Virus record (IMG/VR): IMGVR_UViG_3300024261_000009
Span: 53,233-117,232 of that record
DNA length: 64,000 nt
Direction: 5' to 3' (one strand)
From: a virus
The notes under the pieces are model-generated. The model made no database searches, had not been told where the DNA came from, and worked only from the letters and a program-made list of their open reading frames with translations. The translations under genes were made by a program, and so were the position numbers. Shown here one piece after another: positions 26,915-36,912 of the stretch (its first letter is position 1; the number at the start of each line of letters is the position of its first letter).

Positions 26915-29900
26915 ATGCCTAAGTATATAGTATTTGATCAGACCACAGGTGTCCGTAAGGAATCTGGAGTCACCTCGGAAGACGCTGACCTTAACTTGCT
27001 CGACGGTTCCTCGGTCGGGACCGTAGCTAATAGTAAAGCTGTTATTTACAGTGCCGCGGGCAACGTAGCGGCAACGACCTTAAGCTCTACAGGAGCTGCT
27101 ACTCTTGATTCGGGTGGTGCTGGCTCAAGTTTTGGCGGTGCACTTGCTTTGGGCGGTGCTCTTAGTGGTGTAACCACTCTCGGTTCTAGTGGTGCGGCTA
27201 CTCTTGACTCCGGCGGAGCTGGTTCGAGTTTTGGCGGTGCGCTTGCCGTAACGGGCACTATCTCAGCCGCTACTGCCTCGTCTGTTGGTAACATAACCCT
27301 AGCTAACGGCAGTATTACTGACTCCAGTGGTGCTATCAGCTTTGGTAATGAAAACCTAAGTACTACGGGTACTCTTGGTTGTGGTGTCCTAACCGCAGCT
27401 ACCGGCTCTGCCGTAGGTAACTTGACCCTGGCTAACGGCAGCATCACTGACTCCAGTGGCGCTATCAGCTTTGGTAACGAGAATCTCAGTACTTCAGGCA
27501 CGCTAGCTTCTGGTAACTTGAGTGTCACGGGTACTGCGGGTGTCTCTGGTGCAGCAACGATGAGCGGAAGCCTCACTGTTGTGGGAGAGGCGGTCTTTAC
27601 CGCAGAAGTACTCCCCGCTTCAACATCGGCCAATACCGACATTGGTGGTGAGTATGGAACTAGCGGTACTTTCCAAGAGTATAGTAGCGTAACGTGGTAC
27701 TCTGACTCGAGTCTCAGCACCCAAGTCAGCGTTGTTAGTGCCATCTACCCTACAGCTACTTTCTACTCGGACAGCTTTGGTGGAACAGTAGTATCTTCTT
27801 CAGGACAGACCTCAACCTTAATGCGGCTCTCTTGGAGTTCCGGCAATGTTGATGCTTCCTCGGATTTTCTTTGGGCAGAGATGAGCAGTGCCAAGATGGC
27901 CGTCTCTTCCTCCTCTATAGACCGCGCTAACAACCGCATTGACGTTACCCTGTCCAGCGCATTCACCCACCAAGGATACTCCCCTTCAGTTACGGCACAG
28001 TTCTCTGCAACGAGTACTGCGCAGTACGCCAAGGTCCCTGTCAATGACTACAACGAAGGCTACCACAGCTTTAGCACCAGTACGGTGTTCACTGACGCAG
28101 TCGTAGCTATAGGGTCTAGTGATACGCATGACTTCGGCACTCCCTCTGCTTTTGACTATACCGACGGCTCAGGGGACGCGAACTACATAAAGGTTTCTTG
28201 GGGGTCTGCGTTTAAGCCAGCCTCACAAGGTCTTAAGGTAACCTACGGTGCTACTGAGACTCGCTATTTCCGAGACGTTCTTGCTAAGAGAGCCTTTCGC
28301 CTTAAGAATCTCGAAAGTGGGTCGGCTCCTTCGCTCCTAGCGTCGGGAACAGACTCGGCTCTGTATGTTAAAGACGCAGACAGCAAGGGTGAGCTTCACT
28401 TCTTGAATCCCGAAGGTGACGCGGCGGTTCAAATTACGGCTGGTGGTAAGATCAACGCTGGTGCCATGGAGCTCGCTTCTACAAGTGCTCTCCAGGACAA
28501 CAGTGGTTTAGACCTTAAGGGCAGCTTGGCTGGCACCGGTCTTAGTATGGCTTCTCAGGTGCTTAGTGTTGACGCGTCTCAGGCGCAGATCACTACGCTG
28601 GTAGGCCTTGCAAGCGCGGGTGTCTCGGGGTCTGATGTAGACTTCGCCGGTAATGTAATAGTTTCCGAGGACCTCACGGTCCAGGGTAACTTGACCATCA
28701 CAGGTGATATCGACTCCTACAGTGTCACGGTACTTGATGTAGCCGACAAGGAGATCCGACTAAACTCGGGTCAGACAGGTTCCGCAGGCCTAGACGGTGC
28801 GATTGTTGTCGAGCGTGGTGACGATACTAACGCTAAACTACTCTGGAAAGAATCAGACGACAAGTGGTACCAGGACCGAGCAGGCACAGAGACCGTCGTT
28901 GCTATCAGCACTGACGAGCTTGCTGAAGGTTCTAGTTCACTATACTTCACTGATGCACGTGCCCGAGCCGCAATAAGTGCCACGGATAACTCAGCCTCTA
29001 GTCGAGGCGCTCTTAGCTACAACAGCACCTCTGGTGTGTTAACCTACGAGGGTATCTCGGCTGCAGAAGTACGTGGAGATATCTCGGTAACCGACGCGGG
29101 CGGTGACGGTAGCTTAGCCTACAACAGCACGTCGGGTGTTATCACCTACACAGGTCCTAGTGCTGCTGAGGTTCGTGCTCACCTCTCTGCGGGTGAAGGT
29201 ATTGATATCTCAAGCGGAGAGATCTCCGGTGAAGATGCGACCGACGCTAACAAGGGTATCGCAAGCTTTGCTTCGGCAGACTTCAGCGTAGCAAGCGGTG
29301 CTGTTAGCCTTGTTGACCTAACGGTCGCTCACATGGCTGCGGACTCTATAGTACTAGAGGCTGAGGGAATCGGGAGTAACGATAGTGACTCCATGCTTCC
29401 TTCAGCTGCTGCTGTTAAGGACTACGTTGACGCGCAGGTTACTGCTCAGGATCTAGACTTTCAGGGTGATTCTGGCGGTGCTCTTAGCATCGACCTGGAT
29501 TCGGAAACCTTGATCCTAGCTGGCGGAACAGGCATCGATTCCTCGGGCTCTTCGAACACGCTGACCTTTGCTATTGACAGCACTGTTTGCACCCTTACGG
29601 ATGCTCAGACCTTGACCAACAAGGTGATGACTAGCCCAGACCTTAACACTCCTGACATTGACGGGGGTTCTATTGACTCGGCTATAATCGGTGGTTCTAC
29701 GGCCGCTGCAGGTGCTTTCACTGAGCTGAAGTACCACAAGGACAACGGTCTTTGGATAGAGGGCTTCTCCGGCTCTTTTACTAGCGGTGACAAAAAGGTT
29801 GTCTACTTCTCAGCGGACAACACACTATCTGCTGCTGATGCTGATGAGACCGCACAAGCACCAGCGGGTGTTTGGCACCAGGGCGCTTCCTCAGGCAAAT

Positions 29901-30136
29901 TCTGCGCCGAAGGTGTGGTTGAGGTTGAGGTTGAGTCAGCAGTCGAAATCGCTGTTGGTAAGGCAGTATACTTATCAGCTTCGGGAACCGGAGAAGGTAA
30001 GGTTTGTCTGTATGACGATCTGTCTTCTGGTGACTTAGTAGTTAGACTAGGTACCTCGGTAGCCGCGAATGCCTCGGCAGGCGCTAATGTTAAGATCCTG
30101 CTTAATATTGCTACAGACCCGTACATCAAGGGCTAA
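26915..30136 (+). CDS. Large Ser/Gly/Ala-rich fibre protein (probable head or tail fibre)
   Basis: ATG 26915 after AGGAG (the track starts 18 codons earlier). Internal repeats: SSGAATLDSGGAGSSFGGAL x2, GN(I/L)TLANGSITDSSGAISFGNENLST x2, YNSTSGV(L/I)TY...SAAEVR x2. C-terminal domain resembles the 25542 protein. Confidence 0.75.
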   Translation: MPKYIVFDQTTGVRKESGVTSEDADLNLLDGSSVGTVANSKAVIYSAAGNVAATTLSSTGAATLDSGGAGSSFGGALALGGALSGVTTLGSSGAATLDSGGAGSSFGGALAVTGTISAATASSVGNITLANGSITDSSGAISFGNENLSTTGTLGCGVLTAATGSAVGNLTLANGSITDSSGAISFGNENLSTSGTLASGNLSVTGTAGVSGAATMSGSLTVVGEAVFTAEVLPASTSANTDIGGEYGTSGTFQEYSSVTWYSDSSLSTQVSVVSAIYPTATFYSDSFGGTVVSSSGQTSTLMRLSWSSGNVDASSDFLWAEMSSAKMAVSSSSIDRANNRIDVTLSSAFTHQGYSPSVTAQFSATSTAQYAKVPVNDYNEGYHSFSTSTVFTDAVVAIGSSDTHDFGTPSAFDYTDGSGDANYIKVSWGSAFKPASQGLKVTYGATETRYFRDVLAKRAFRLKNLESGSAPSLLASGTDSALYVKDADSKGELHFLNPEGDAAVQITAGGKINAGAMELASTSALQDNSGLDLKGSLAGTGLSMASQVLSVDASQAQITTLVGLASAGVSGSDVDFAGNVIVSEDLTVQGNLTITGDIDSYSVTVLDVADKEIRLNSGQTGSAGLDGAIVVERGDDTNAKLLWKESDDKWYQDRAGTETVVAISTDELAEGSSSLYFTDARARAAISATDNSASSRGALSYNSTSGVLTYEGISAAEVRGDISVTDAGGDGSLAYNSTSGVITYTGPSAAEVRAHLSAGEGIDISSGEISGEDATDANKGIASFASADFSVASGAVSLVDLTVAHMAADSIVLEAEGIGSNDSDSMLPSAAAVKDYVDAQVTAQDLDFQGDSGGALSIDLDSETLILAGGTGIDSSGSSNTLTFAIDSTVCTLTDAQTLTNKVMTSPDLNTPDIDGGSIDSAIIGGSTAAAGAFTELKYHKDNGLWIEGFSGSFTSGDKKVVYFSADNTLSAADADETAQAPAGVWHQGASSGKFCAEGVVEVEVESAVEIAVGKAVYLSASGTGEGKVCLYDDLSSGDLVVRLGTSVAANASAGANVKILLNIATDPYIKG

Positions 30137-30156
30137 TCCCACAGAGCCCCTTAAGT

Positions 30157-30186
30157 AGCCCTCCACTTTAAATAGTGGGGGGCTTC
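30157..30186 (+). terminator. Stem-loop (probable terminator) after the fibre gene
   Basis: agccctccact-ttaaat-agtggggggct; the T-tract is weak. Confidence 0.6.
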
Positions 30187-30242
30187 TCCCCCTCCCCTAT
30201 ATTTAGATTGCTTAGTTATAACCAATATCTTAGGGTCATTTT

Positions 30243-30632
30243 ATGTCTAATATACGTCGAAGAAAGAGGTCCTCGGAGGAGCTGCCCCTGGGGGATGCCA
30301 TCGAAAGACTTTTCCGTGTCCTAAACACCATATCTAGAGCGGGGCCCCATGAGGACCACACGAGGCTAACTACCGAGAAGTCTCAGTTAGTCCAAGCCTT
30401 GAATGCCATCTCTGTGGAGATGGGCTTTGAGTGTAGAATAGACTTAAGCGGTCCCAACCCCAACCTGGTTGAAGAGGCTGAGCTCAGCGAGGTACCTACT
30501 GCGCTGGAGCTCATAAAACAGGGGGCAGAGTCCTCTTGCTGCCGAATAACAAAAGCTAAGGTTGCTAATAGAGCAGAACCAGTAAACAAATCCCGCTCCA
30601 GGAGCGGGAGCACAAATAAGAGCAGGGGATAA
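30243..30632 (+). CDS. Hypothetical protein (129 aa)
   Basis: ORF in operon context with basic termini. Confidence 0.6.
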   Translation: MSNIRRRKRSSEELPLGDAIERLFRVLNTISRAGPHEDHTRLTTEKSQLVQALNAISVEMGFECRIDLSGPNPNLVEEAELSEVPTALELIKQGAESSCCRITKAKVANRAEPVNKSRSRSGSTNKSRG

Positions 30633-30635
30633 TAT

Positions 30636-30965
30636 ATGTTTGACGCAGGACCCGTTACTTTTGGGCAGGTGATATTTATTAGTATGTTCTTTTACGGGAC
30701 TACCTTCCTGATTAAGGACAGCACTATTCTTAAGAAGCCTCGGGAATGGGTATGTAGGGCCCCCTTCGTAGAGGCTCTATTGTCCTGCAGCTTTTGTACC
30801 GGTGTTTGGGTCGGCGGACTCTGGGGTGTCTGGAAGGGTAGCACACTTAAACTAGGCGCATGCGATTTTGTTGAAGCTATTGTAGTGTTCTCCATGGTGT
30901 CTGCCACCGCTTGCTATATAATTGATTTGATCACCCAACTAGCTGAGAAACGTCTGGAAGAGTAG
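30636..30965 (+). CDS. DUF1360-like small membrane protein
   Basis: Three hydrophobic segments and the LLSCSFCTGVWVG (L-x-CxxC-x-x-x-W) motif. Confidence 0.6.
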   Translation: MFDAGPVTFGQVIFISMFFYGTTFLIKDSTILKKPREWVCRAPFVEALLSCSFCTGVWVGGLWGVWKGSTLKLGACDFVEAIVVFSMVSATACYIIDLITQLAEKRLEE

Positions 30966-30967
30966 TT

Positions 30968-31909
30968 ATGGCAAACCTTACCGCGCAGTTAGTACAGCCC
31001 CCAGGGCGAGCGTACGTAGCTTACTTGCGTAGGAACACGGACGAATTCTACTGGAACCCCACGACCTCCCAATTCAGTGCTCTTAACCTTAGTTCTGCGA
31101 ATAACGCTACTAAGGACCCTTTCCGAATATCTTATGTAGAAGACGGAGCCAACCCCGGAAACTATAGTTGGAGTCTGGTAGTAGACGCCTTCATAGATGG
31201 GTCCTACACCTACGTAAGTCGGGAGCTTGTCGGTGGAGCGAACGGGACCGAGTACCCTGACGAGCAGGTTAAGACCGTTACTATAGCGAACGGGGTCGTG
31301 TCTGGGAGTGAGCTCAGCGCTGAAATTATATACTCAATAAACCGGTCGATATTTTCCTTTATTAAAAGGAATAGTGATGGAGCGTTTTATAACGCCGGTC
31401 AGGATAGGTTTGAACTATTCAACTCTGTGACGTCCCCCGAGGCCACCCGAGCCCCTTTTAGGGTTGTCTTCACGGAGGACCCTGCAGGTACGTATAAGTG
31501 GACTTTAGACGCCTCAGACTTTCTAGACGGAACCTACACCCTCAACACTAGGGAACTAAGCGCCGGTCTGGAATCCCTAGTAGCCGCTGACTACACAGTG
31601 ACTGTTACAAAGGGTTCTGTTATCGAGGGAGCTGTTCTAGGGGAAGTAGCTTTGTCGCAAGATTCCGGGGGAATTGACAATTTACGATATGTTACTCCCG
31701 AGGGAGCTGCTATCGAAGGGGCCTCTATACGAGTTTATGCTCGAGAAGACTGGGAGGCCGGTAACTTTTCTTTAGTAAAGGGCGTTTCTTACACAGATGC
31801 TCTCGGTAAGTGGCAAGTAGCGGTGTTCGTAGACTCGGGCAGAACGTACACGGTTGTGTTTAGTAAGCCCGGTTACTATGGACCAGACACCGTAGAAATA
31901 GTAGTATAG
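30968..31909 (+). CDS. Virion protein with two tandem homologous beta-domains plus a C-terminal transthyretin/carboxypeptidase-regulatory-like domain
   Basis: Duplicated RN(T/S)DxxxxN...PFR...EDx(x)PGxYxWxL...F(I/L)DG(S/T)YT...REL unit; then GAAIEGASIRVY...TDALGKW...YTVVFSKPGY. Confidence 0.6.
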   Translation: MANLTAQLVQPPGRAYVAYLRRNTDEFYWNPTTSQFSALNLSSANNATKDPFRISYVEDGANPGNYSWSLVVDAFIDGSYTYVSRELVGGANGTEYPDEQVKTVTIANGVVSGSELSAEIIYSINRSIFSFIKRNSDGAFYNAGQDRFELFNSVTSPEATRAPFRVVFTEDPAGTYKWTLDASDFLDGTYTLNTRELSAGLESLVAADYTVTVTKGSVIEGAVLGEVALSQDSGGIDNLRYVTPEGAAIEGASIRVYAREDWEAGNFSLVKGVSYTDALGKWQVAVFVDSGRTYTVVFSKPGYYGPDTVEIVV

Positions 31910-31918
31910 GAAGTAGGT

Positions 31919-32386
31919 ATGCCCGTACAAGGAACCCCCGTTGCTCCCAAGAACTCTGAGGAAATATCTCCGGAAGAGGTTAGGCAATTTCTTCGGGACT
32001 ACTCAGGCATGAACCCCCTATTAGATGATGTAGAATTCTCTAAGGAGGAGTGCGAGGTAGCTTTATCCAGGGCAGTTGATCTGAGTAATGTCTTGGCCCG
32101 GCCCACCTCTTGGACTGTGAGTAAATTCCCTAACAGGTATGTCCTGCTCATAGGGGCGACCTCACATCTGCTTAGGAGCGAGTCATTTAGGCAGCTTAGG
32201 AACCAGGCTACCTACCAGGACGGTAATATGCAGCCTATAGGAATTGATGATAAGCAATCATTATACGCGTCTCTCGGTGCGGCTCTGAGGAACGAGTTCG
32301 AACAGCTAGTTACCACCATGAAGGTCTCCCAAAATATGCAGGCGTGGAGTAACCTAAGGTCTCCCCTGTACTCGAGGTACAGCTAA
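31919..32386 (+). CDS. Head-tail adaptor (neck) protein
   Basis: EEVRQFLRDY...LLDDVEFS, helical 155 aa; first of three neck-position genes before the sheath. Confidence 0.6.
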   Translation: MPVQGTPVAPKNSEEISPEEVRQFLRDYSGMNPLLDDVEFSKEECEVALSRAVDLSNVLARPTSWTVSKFPNRYVLLIGATSHLLRSESFRQLRNQATYQDGNMQPIGIDDKQSLYASLGAALRNEFEQLVTTMKVSQNMQAWSNLRSPLYSRYS

Positions 32387-33169
32387 GTGGAACCTAGGAT
32401 AACTAGAGTAATACCTCTTTACCCGAAGACCCACTTTGTTCAGTGGACACTAGACGATCCGGATAACCAGGTGGCCAGTTTCTCGTTACTTAGGTCTGGT
32501 AGTCCTGAAGGTCCTTTTGACACTGTGGTGTCAGGTCTAATGCCCAGCACCTTCTTCTTTAGTGATGACTCCTTGGTTATGTCAGGACTAACCTCCAAGG
32601 TGTGGTACGTAGTCCAGGCAGTGCCCCTGACGGGGGCCATTAACAGCGTACTTAGTCTCCCCTTTTCAGTATCTTCAAACAAGTATGAAGCTAAGAACAA
32701 GATTCTTCGTAAGGCTCGGAGAGACCTAAAGATAACTCTGTCGAAACTTTCAGGGGTCCGCATAGTTGTCCTCAAGCGGAAAAGGTTTGGGGATAGGTGT
32801 ACTAGCTGCTTTAACCCCGTGACCAAAGATGTTGTCACCTCCAGATGCTCTCTTTGCTACGGGACGGGTTACGAAGGGGGGTATCACCATGGGTACCCTA
32901 CCTGGGGCAAGGTTGACCCTCCCTCCGTTCAAGAGATCTTTGATCGGTCGGGCGCTTCAGAGGTGTCCTTGTTTGGAATAACTATGCCAGACTACCCGCT
33001 AGTAGAGCTAGACGACGTAATCGTGGAAGTAGACACTAACCGTAGGTTTGTCGTTAAAAGGAAGTCCAGCACAGAGTCAAGAGGGTCCGTAGTGCATCAA
33101 GACTTACACGTTTCTGAACTTTCTAGATCTGCTGTAGAGTATTCAATCCCCGTGGAGTTAGCTAAGTAA
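32387..33169 (+). CDS. Head closure/neck protein with Zn ribbon
   Basis: RCTSCF...CSLCYGTGYEGGY; C-terminal P(L/x)V..DDVIVE..TNRRFVV pattern typical of neck proteins. Confidence 0.6.
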   Translation: MEPRITRVIPLYPKTHFVQWTLDDPDNQVASFSLLRSGSPEGPFDTVVSGLMPSTFFFSDDSLVMSGLTSKVWYVVQAVPLTGAINSVLSLPFSVSSNKYEAKNKILRKARRDLKITLSKLSGVRIVVLKRKRFGDRCTSCFNPVTKDVVTSRCSLCYGTGYEGGYHHGYPTWGKVDPPSVQEIFDRSGASEVSLFGITMPDYPLVELDDVIVEVDTNRRFVVKRKSSTESRGSVVHQDLHVSELSRSAVEYSIPVELAK

Positions 33170-33807
33170 TGTCCTCTAACCACTCACTTATATTATCCAA
33201 GTCTCCTTTAGACATACTGGGTCTATTCCTAACGGTAATTAGAGCTCGGTTTACAAGCGTGCCCGAAGACTTTCCGTGGGAGTGGAACGAGTCTGATTCA
33301 CAAACGTCTGTCTATATAGAGGTTGGGGCTGGGGATGAAGTGGGTCTGAAAGATGTTAGACCGGCTATATACGTTGATCGAGGGCCCGTGGTGTTTCCAA
33401 AGGTTGTGATAGGAGACTTCGCTGGAGGACAGCTTCACACAGGGAAAAAAGCTTACTACACGGCCGCTACGGGGCAGATAAACATTGACTGTGTGTCTAA
33501 AAACAGAGGAGAGAGCGCTATCTTAGGGGAATTAGTGCAATCTTTTGTGCTGATGTCTTCCGACCTTATACTACGGACCTATAATTTGAGGGACGTTACG
33601 CCGGTCACCCTAGGCGGAACGGAAGTGTGGGAGAAGGATGATAGATTGTTTAATACGCGCGTAACTTCACAAATATCTTATGATGTAAAGTGGGGAATAT
33701 CCCCCGACAGTGGAAAAATTGCAGAGATTGTAGCTAATCTTCTTAGTCAGGATGGAAATATCTTGTCTACGGTGGCTTCTACATCCTTAAACAGAGTTAA
33801 AAAATAA
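33169..33807 (+). CDS. Tail completion/terminator protein
   Basis: Position before the sheath; RPAIYVDRG, INIDCVSK..GESAILGELV. Confidence 0.55.
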   Translation: MSSNHSLILSKSPLDILGLFLTVIRARFTSVPEDFPWEWNESDSQTSVYIEVGAGDEVGLKDVRPAIYVDRGPVVFPKVVIGDFAGGQLHTGKKAYYTAATGQINIDCVSKNRGESAILGELVQSFVLMSSDLILRTYNLRDVTPVTLGGTEVWEKDDRLFNTRVTSQISYDVKWGISPDSGKIAEIVANLLSQDGNILSTVASTSLNRVKK

Positions 33808-33904
33808 ACGAAGACCAAGACGCAAATGAATAGCGTCCTCGGTTGATCTTGCTTACGCCCACCCTAATATTGAATCGTCAGGGTGCCATATAGGAGTTTT
33901 TAGG

Positions 33905-36145
33905 ATGCCTCGCCCATCAGTACAAATTTTTCAGCAGGTTTTAAATACCACGGTTGTTCCTGCTGACCCGGAGCAGGCCACGTGTATAGTGGGGCCTGCC
34001 TATGCTTTTTTTAACGCGTCAAGCGATTCTGCATCTCACGCAGGGTACTCCTGGTCCAACTCAGACAATGATATCTCGTTGTCTCACTACGGTTGGACAG
34101 CAGGAACTCATGAGCTAGATGTGGATACCGGGAGTACTTACTACCCGAGTATCGTAGCCTCAAGCATGAAGATTCTTAGGGGCTCTGCCTCTGACGGAGC
34201 TTGTGCAGACGGATTAACCGTTACGGGAACCTTCGCCCCCTCGGGGCCTGCTGTAGGTAATCGTTTGCGCATTAAAGGTACCTTACTACAACAGCTTGTC
34301 TTGGATGCGGACTGGTTGGCTCAAACTGGATACACCCCTGCGGTGGGAGACAGTATCACGAGCGACCTAGACGGAAACGGTAACGTGGCATATCGAGTCG
34401 TGGCCTTGACCTCGGAGGGTGTCCTACTAGAGGATAACACAGCCAAACTTATCGCTTTGCGGCCCTCCGCTGTTCCAGCAAAGAAACCCATCGCCGTTGT
34501 CACTCGGGCAGGCGACGGGTACAGTTCTGGTGCGGATGCCGTAGCCCAGCTAGGCGCTCCTGCTAGTGACTACTTCGAGGAAGTTACTGTTCGGTCTGTA
34601 ACAGGCGGTATAAAATCAGCCAGCCCGATATTTACTCTAGGAGCAACCTTCGCAGCGGACCCCAATAATAACCTTGCAGAGGAAGTGCACGAACTGGCTA
34701 TCGATGTAATTTCTGATTTGGCGGGAACAGCAACACTGGTACCTTCGAGTGCCAATGCTACAACTGGCGCGGTCACAATTCCAAGAACTAATGGTGTCGT
34801 GGTTATAGCCACCAGCTCAGGCAATCAGACTCTTGCTAGCGCCACGGTTCATGTATCTTGGAGAGGGGTAATTAATAACCTCCCAGATATCTACGAGATA
34901 AGCAGTATCCCAGAGAACTCAATCTTCCCAGATATCGGCAAGATCGATCCAAGAAACCCCCTTGCAATGGGTGTCGCTTGTGCAGTGTCAAACTCAGGCA
35001 ATACTAAGATCAAGGTCCTTCCTATCTCCGCGGACACTGCTGCGGGCTACGTGGGTGCGCTTAACAAGCTAAACTCCGCTACGGATGTCTACGCTATTAT
35101 TCCTATGAGTACCGACATCTCAGGTGTTATTGCGCCTTACAAGGCTGCGGCGGAAGCCATGAGTCAGCCAGCAAAGAGCCGGTGGAGAATCGTTATCGGG
35201 GCGTCTTCAGGGGCTCCCGAGTTCGCTTTCGTAGGTCCTAGTACTGGTGCAGAAACCGAGACGGGCGTCACAACCGGAAATAGTAAAGTATTAACAGATG
35301 CGGACGCCACTTTCGTGGTCTCAAAGGTTGTGGCGGGCGATAAGGTCGTTAAGTCGGACGGGACTGTTATAGGAACCGTAGCGTCCGTGGAGAGTGATGT
35401 TCAGTTGACCCTAGTAGCTAACGCTGCTAACGGAGCTGGACAAACCATTTCCTACACTGTTCAGAGAAGCATCTCAGGGAACACAGGTCTGCAAGTAGCC
35501 GAATTGAAGGCTCGGATAAAGAGCCTAGCTAGTAAGCGGCTAGTTATGCTTTACCCGGGTTCTTGCACAGCAATGGGCTTCTCAGGACAGCCGGGCACTT
35601 ACATAGCTGCGGCCTTGGGCGGACTAATGGCAGGCACTCCCTCTCACCAGCCCCTAAACCAGGTGGGTCTTGGGGCGATAAGCCAAATCTTTGATAGCAA
35701 CCTACTTTTCTCGGATTCCGAGATAGACGATCTTGGAGACAATGGGTACTTCGTGTTGGTCCAGGATTCCCTAACAGGCGCGCCCTACACAGTGCACCAG
35801 GTTACCACGGGGCAAATATCAATGCCCGGTGTTCAGGAGTTCTCAGAAGTAAGCGTTGTCTCTAACTTTGACTTCGTGGCCTCAAGCCTTAAGAAAAGGT
35901 TGGACCCTTACGTGGGTGTCTGGAACGTTATCCCCGAGGCTATAGCTAGCATATCGTCTAGTCTCGAAGGTGGGTTGGATGATCTAAGAACCCGGAGTAG
36001 ACCTCGTATCGGTTCTCCTCTAGTTAGTGGGGCTGTTCTATCGGTACAGAAGAACGCTGCAGACGCTGGACGGCTTGATGTTAGCGTAGAAGTAGAAATA
36101 CCTAAGGTACTTAACAAACTCGTAGTGTACCTGACCTCAATTTAA
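33905..36145 (+). CDS. Contractile tail sheath protein
   Basis: 746 aa; PTCIVGP-like N-terminus, IDPRNPLA, YIAAALGGL, EVSVVSNFDFV, LDVSVEVEIPKVLNKLVVYL C-terminus. Confidence 0.85.
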   Translation: MPRPSVQIFQQVLNTTVVPADPEQATCIVGPAYAFFNASSDSASHAGYSWSNSDNDISLSHYGWTAGTHELDVDTGSTYYPSIVASSMKILRGSASDGACADGLTVTGTFAPSGPAVGNRLRIKGTLLQQLVLDADWLAQTGYTPAVGDSITSDLDGNGNVAYRVVALTSEGVLLEDNTAKLIALRPSAVPAKKPIAVVTRAGDGYSSGADAVAQLGAPASDYFEEVTVRSVTGGIKSASPIFTLGATFAADPNNNLAEEVHELAIDVISDLAGTATLVPSSANATTGAVTIPRTNGVVVIATSSGNQTLASATVHVSWRGVINNLPDIYEISSIPENSIFPDIGKIDPRNPLAMGVACAVSNSGNTKIKVLPISADTAAGYVGALNKLNSATDVYAIIPMSTDISGVIAPYKAAAEAMSQPAKSRWRIVIGASSGAPEFAFVGPSTGAETETGVTTGNSKVLTDADATFVVSKVVAGDKVVKSDGTVIGTVASVESDVQLTLVANAANGAGQTISYTVQRSISGNTGLQVAELKARIKSLASKRLVMLYPGSCTAMGFSGQPGTYIAAALGGLMAGTPSHQPLNQVGLGAISQIFDSNLLFSDSEIDDLGDNGYFVLVQDSLTGAPYTVHQVTTGQISMPGVQEFSEVSVVSNFDFVASSLKKRLDPYVGVWNVIPEAIASISSSLEGGLDDLRTRSRPRIGSPLVSGAVLSVQKNAADAGRLDVSVEVEIPKVLNKLVVYLTSI

Positions 36146-36166
36146 GCCCGTCTAGGAGATAAAGAA

Positions 36167-36832
36167 ATGGCAGCTACTACTAGCTTAGAAAACTGGAAAT
36201 ACCAGGACAACTACGTAGAACGGATAATGGAGAATGCGGCGTACACTGCCGCACACCCCGATGATACATTAGTTCTTGCGGGACCTCCTAGGCAAAAGGA
36301 CGCGGCGGCTACCCTGTTCCCCATAGGGATGATGCAAGCCTTCCAATGTTCGAGTCAGAAACCCGTTGTACCGGTTCAAACGATAGGCTCTGGCCGGTCG
36401 TTTTTTCTGTCGGGTAAAGGAGCCAATAGTTGGAGCATGGGGCGACTCTTTGTTAAAGGTAACAACCTTTTAAAGGCGCTTCATAACAACGCTATTGACG
36501 CAGGAATTGCCGCTGGGAAGGGCGATATGGACGAACATGCCTACGCTGAGGGCAATAAAAATTATCTGGTCAACCTTGACTCAGAGCTATTCCTAGTTCC
36601 TTTTGGCCTTCAAGTTATCTTCCGAGACAAAGCCCACAACCCCCTAGGAGGGTTCTATATGGAGCTGTGTGTTATAAACAGCTTCGCTATGGGCGTCCAA
36701 GCGGGGCAAAACATGATCATGGAGAACGTTACAGGCCTCTGTGACAGGATTTTACCGATTCACGTTGACGCCGCAGGAGCTCCAGGGAGATCCGACGGGT
36801 GGGACACCGCGGTAGGTTTTACTAACCCATAG
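36167..36832 (+). CDS. Tail tube protein
   Basis: Follows the sheath; IGMMQAFQ..Q...V.TIGSGR, FYMELCVINS, MIMENV. Confidence 0.75.
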   Translation: MAATTSLENWKYQDNYVERIMENAAYTAAHPDDTLVLAGPPRQKDAAATLFPIGMMQAFQCSSQKPVVPVQTIGSGRSFFLSGKGANSWSMGRLFVKGNNLLKALHNNAIDAGIAAGKGDMDEHAYAEGNKNYLVNLDSELFLVPFGLQVIFRDKAHNPLGGFYMELCVINSFAMGVQAGQNMIMENVTGLCDRILPIHVDAAGAPGRSDGWDTAVGFTNP

Positions 36833-36912
36833 GGTTCTAAACCTAAAATTTCTCGTGAGAATTGGCTTGGGAAGGGTTAAGATTACCCCACCCAAGCCTC
36901 TCAGGAGAATTT

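Noticed and set aside
23963-29793. Long antisense ORFs under the MCP and fibre genes (23963-24661, 27046-27744 and others)
   Set aside because: They are shadows of strongly biased codon usage, with no RBS or motifs.
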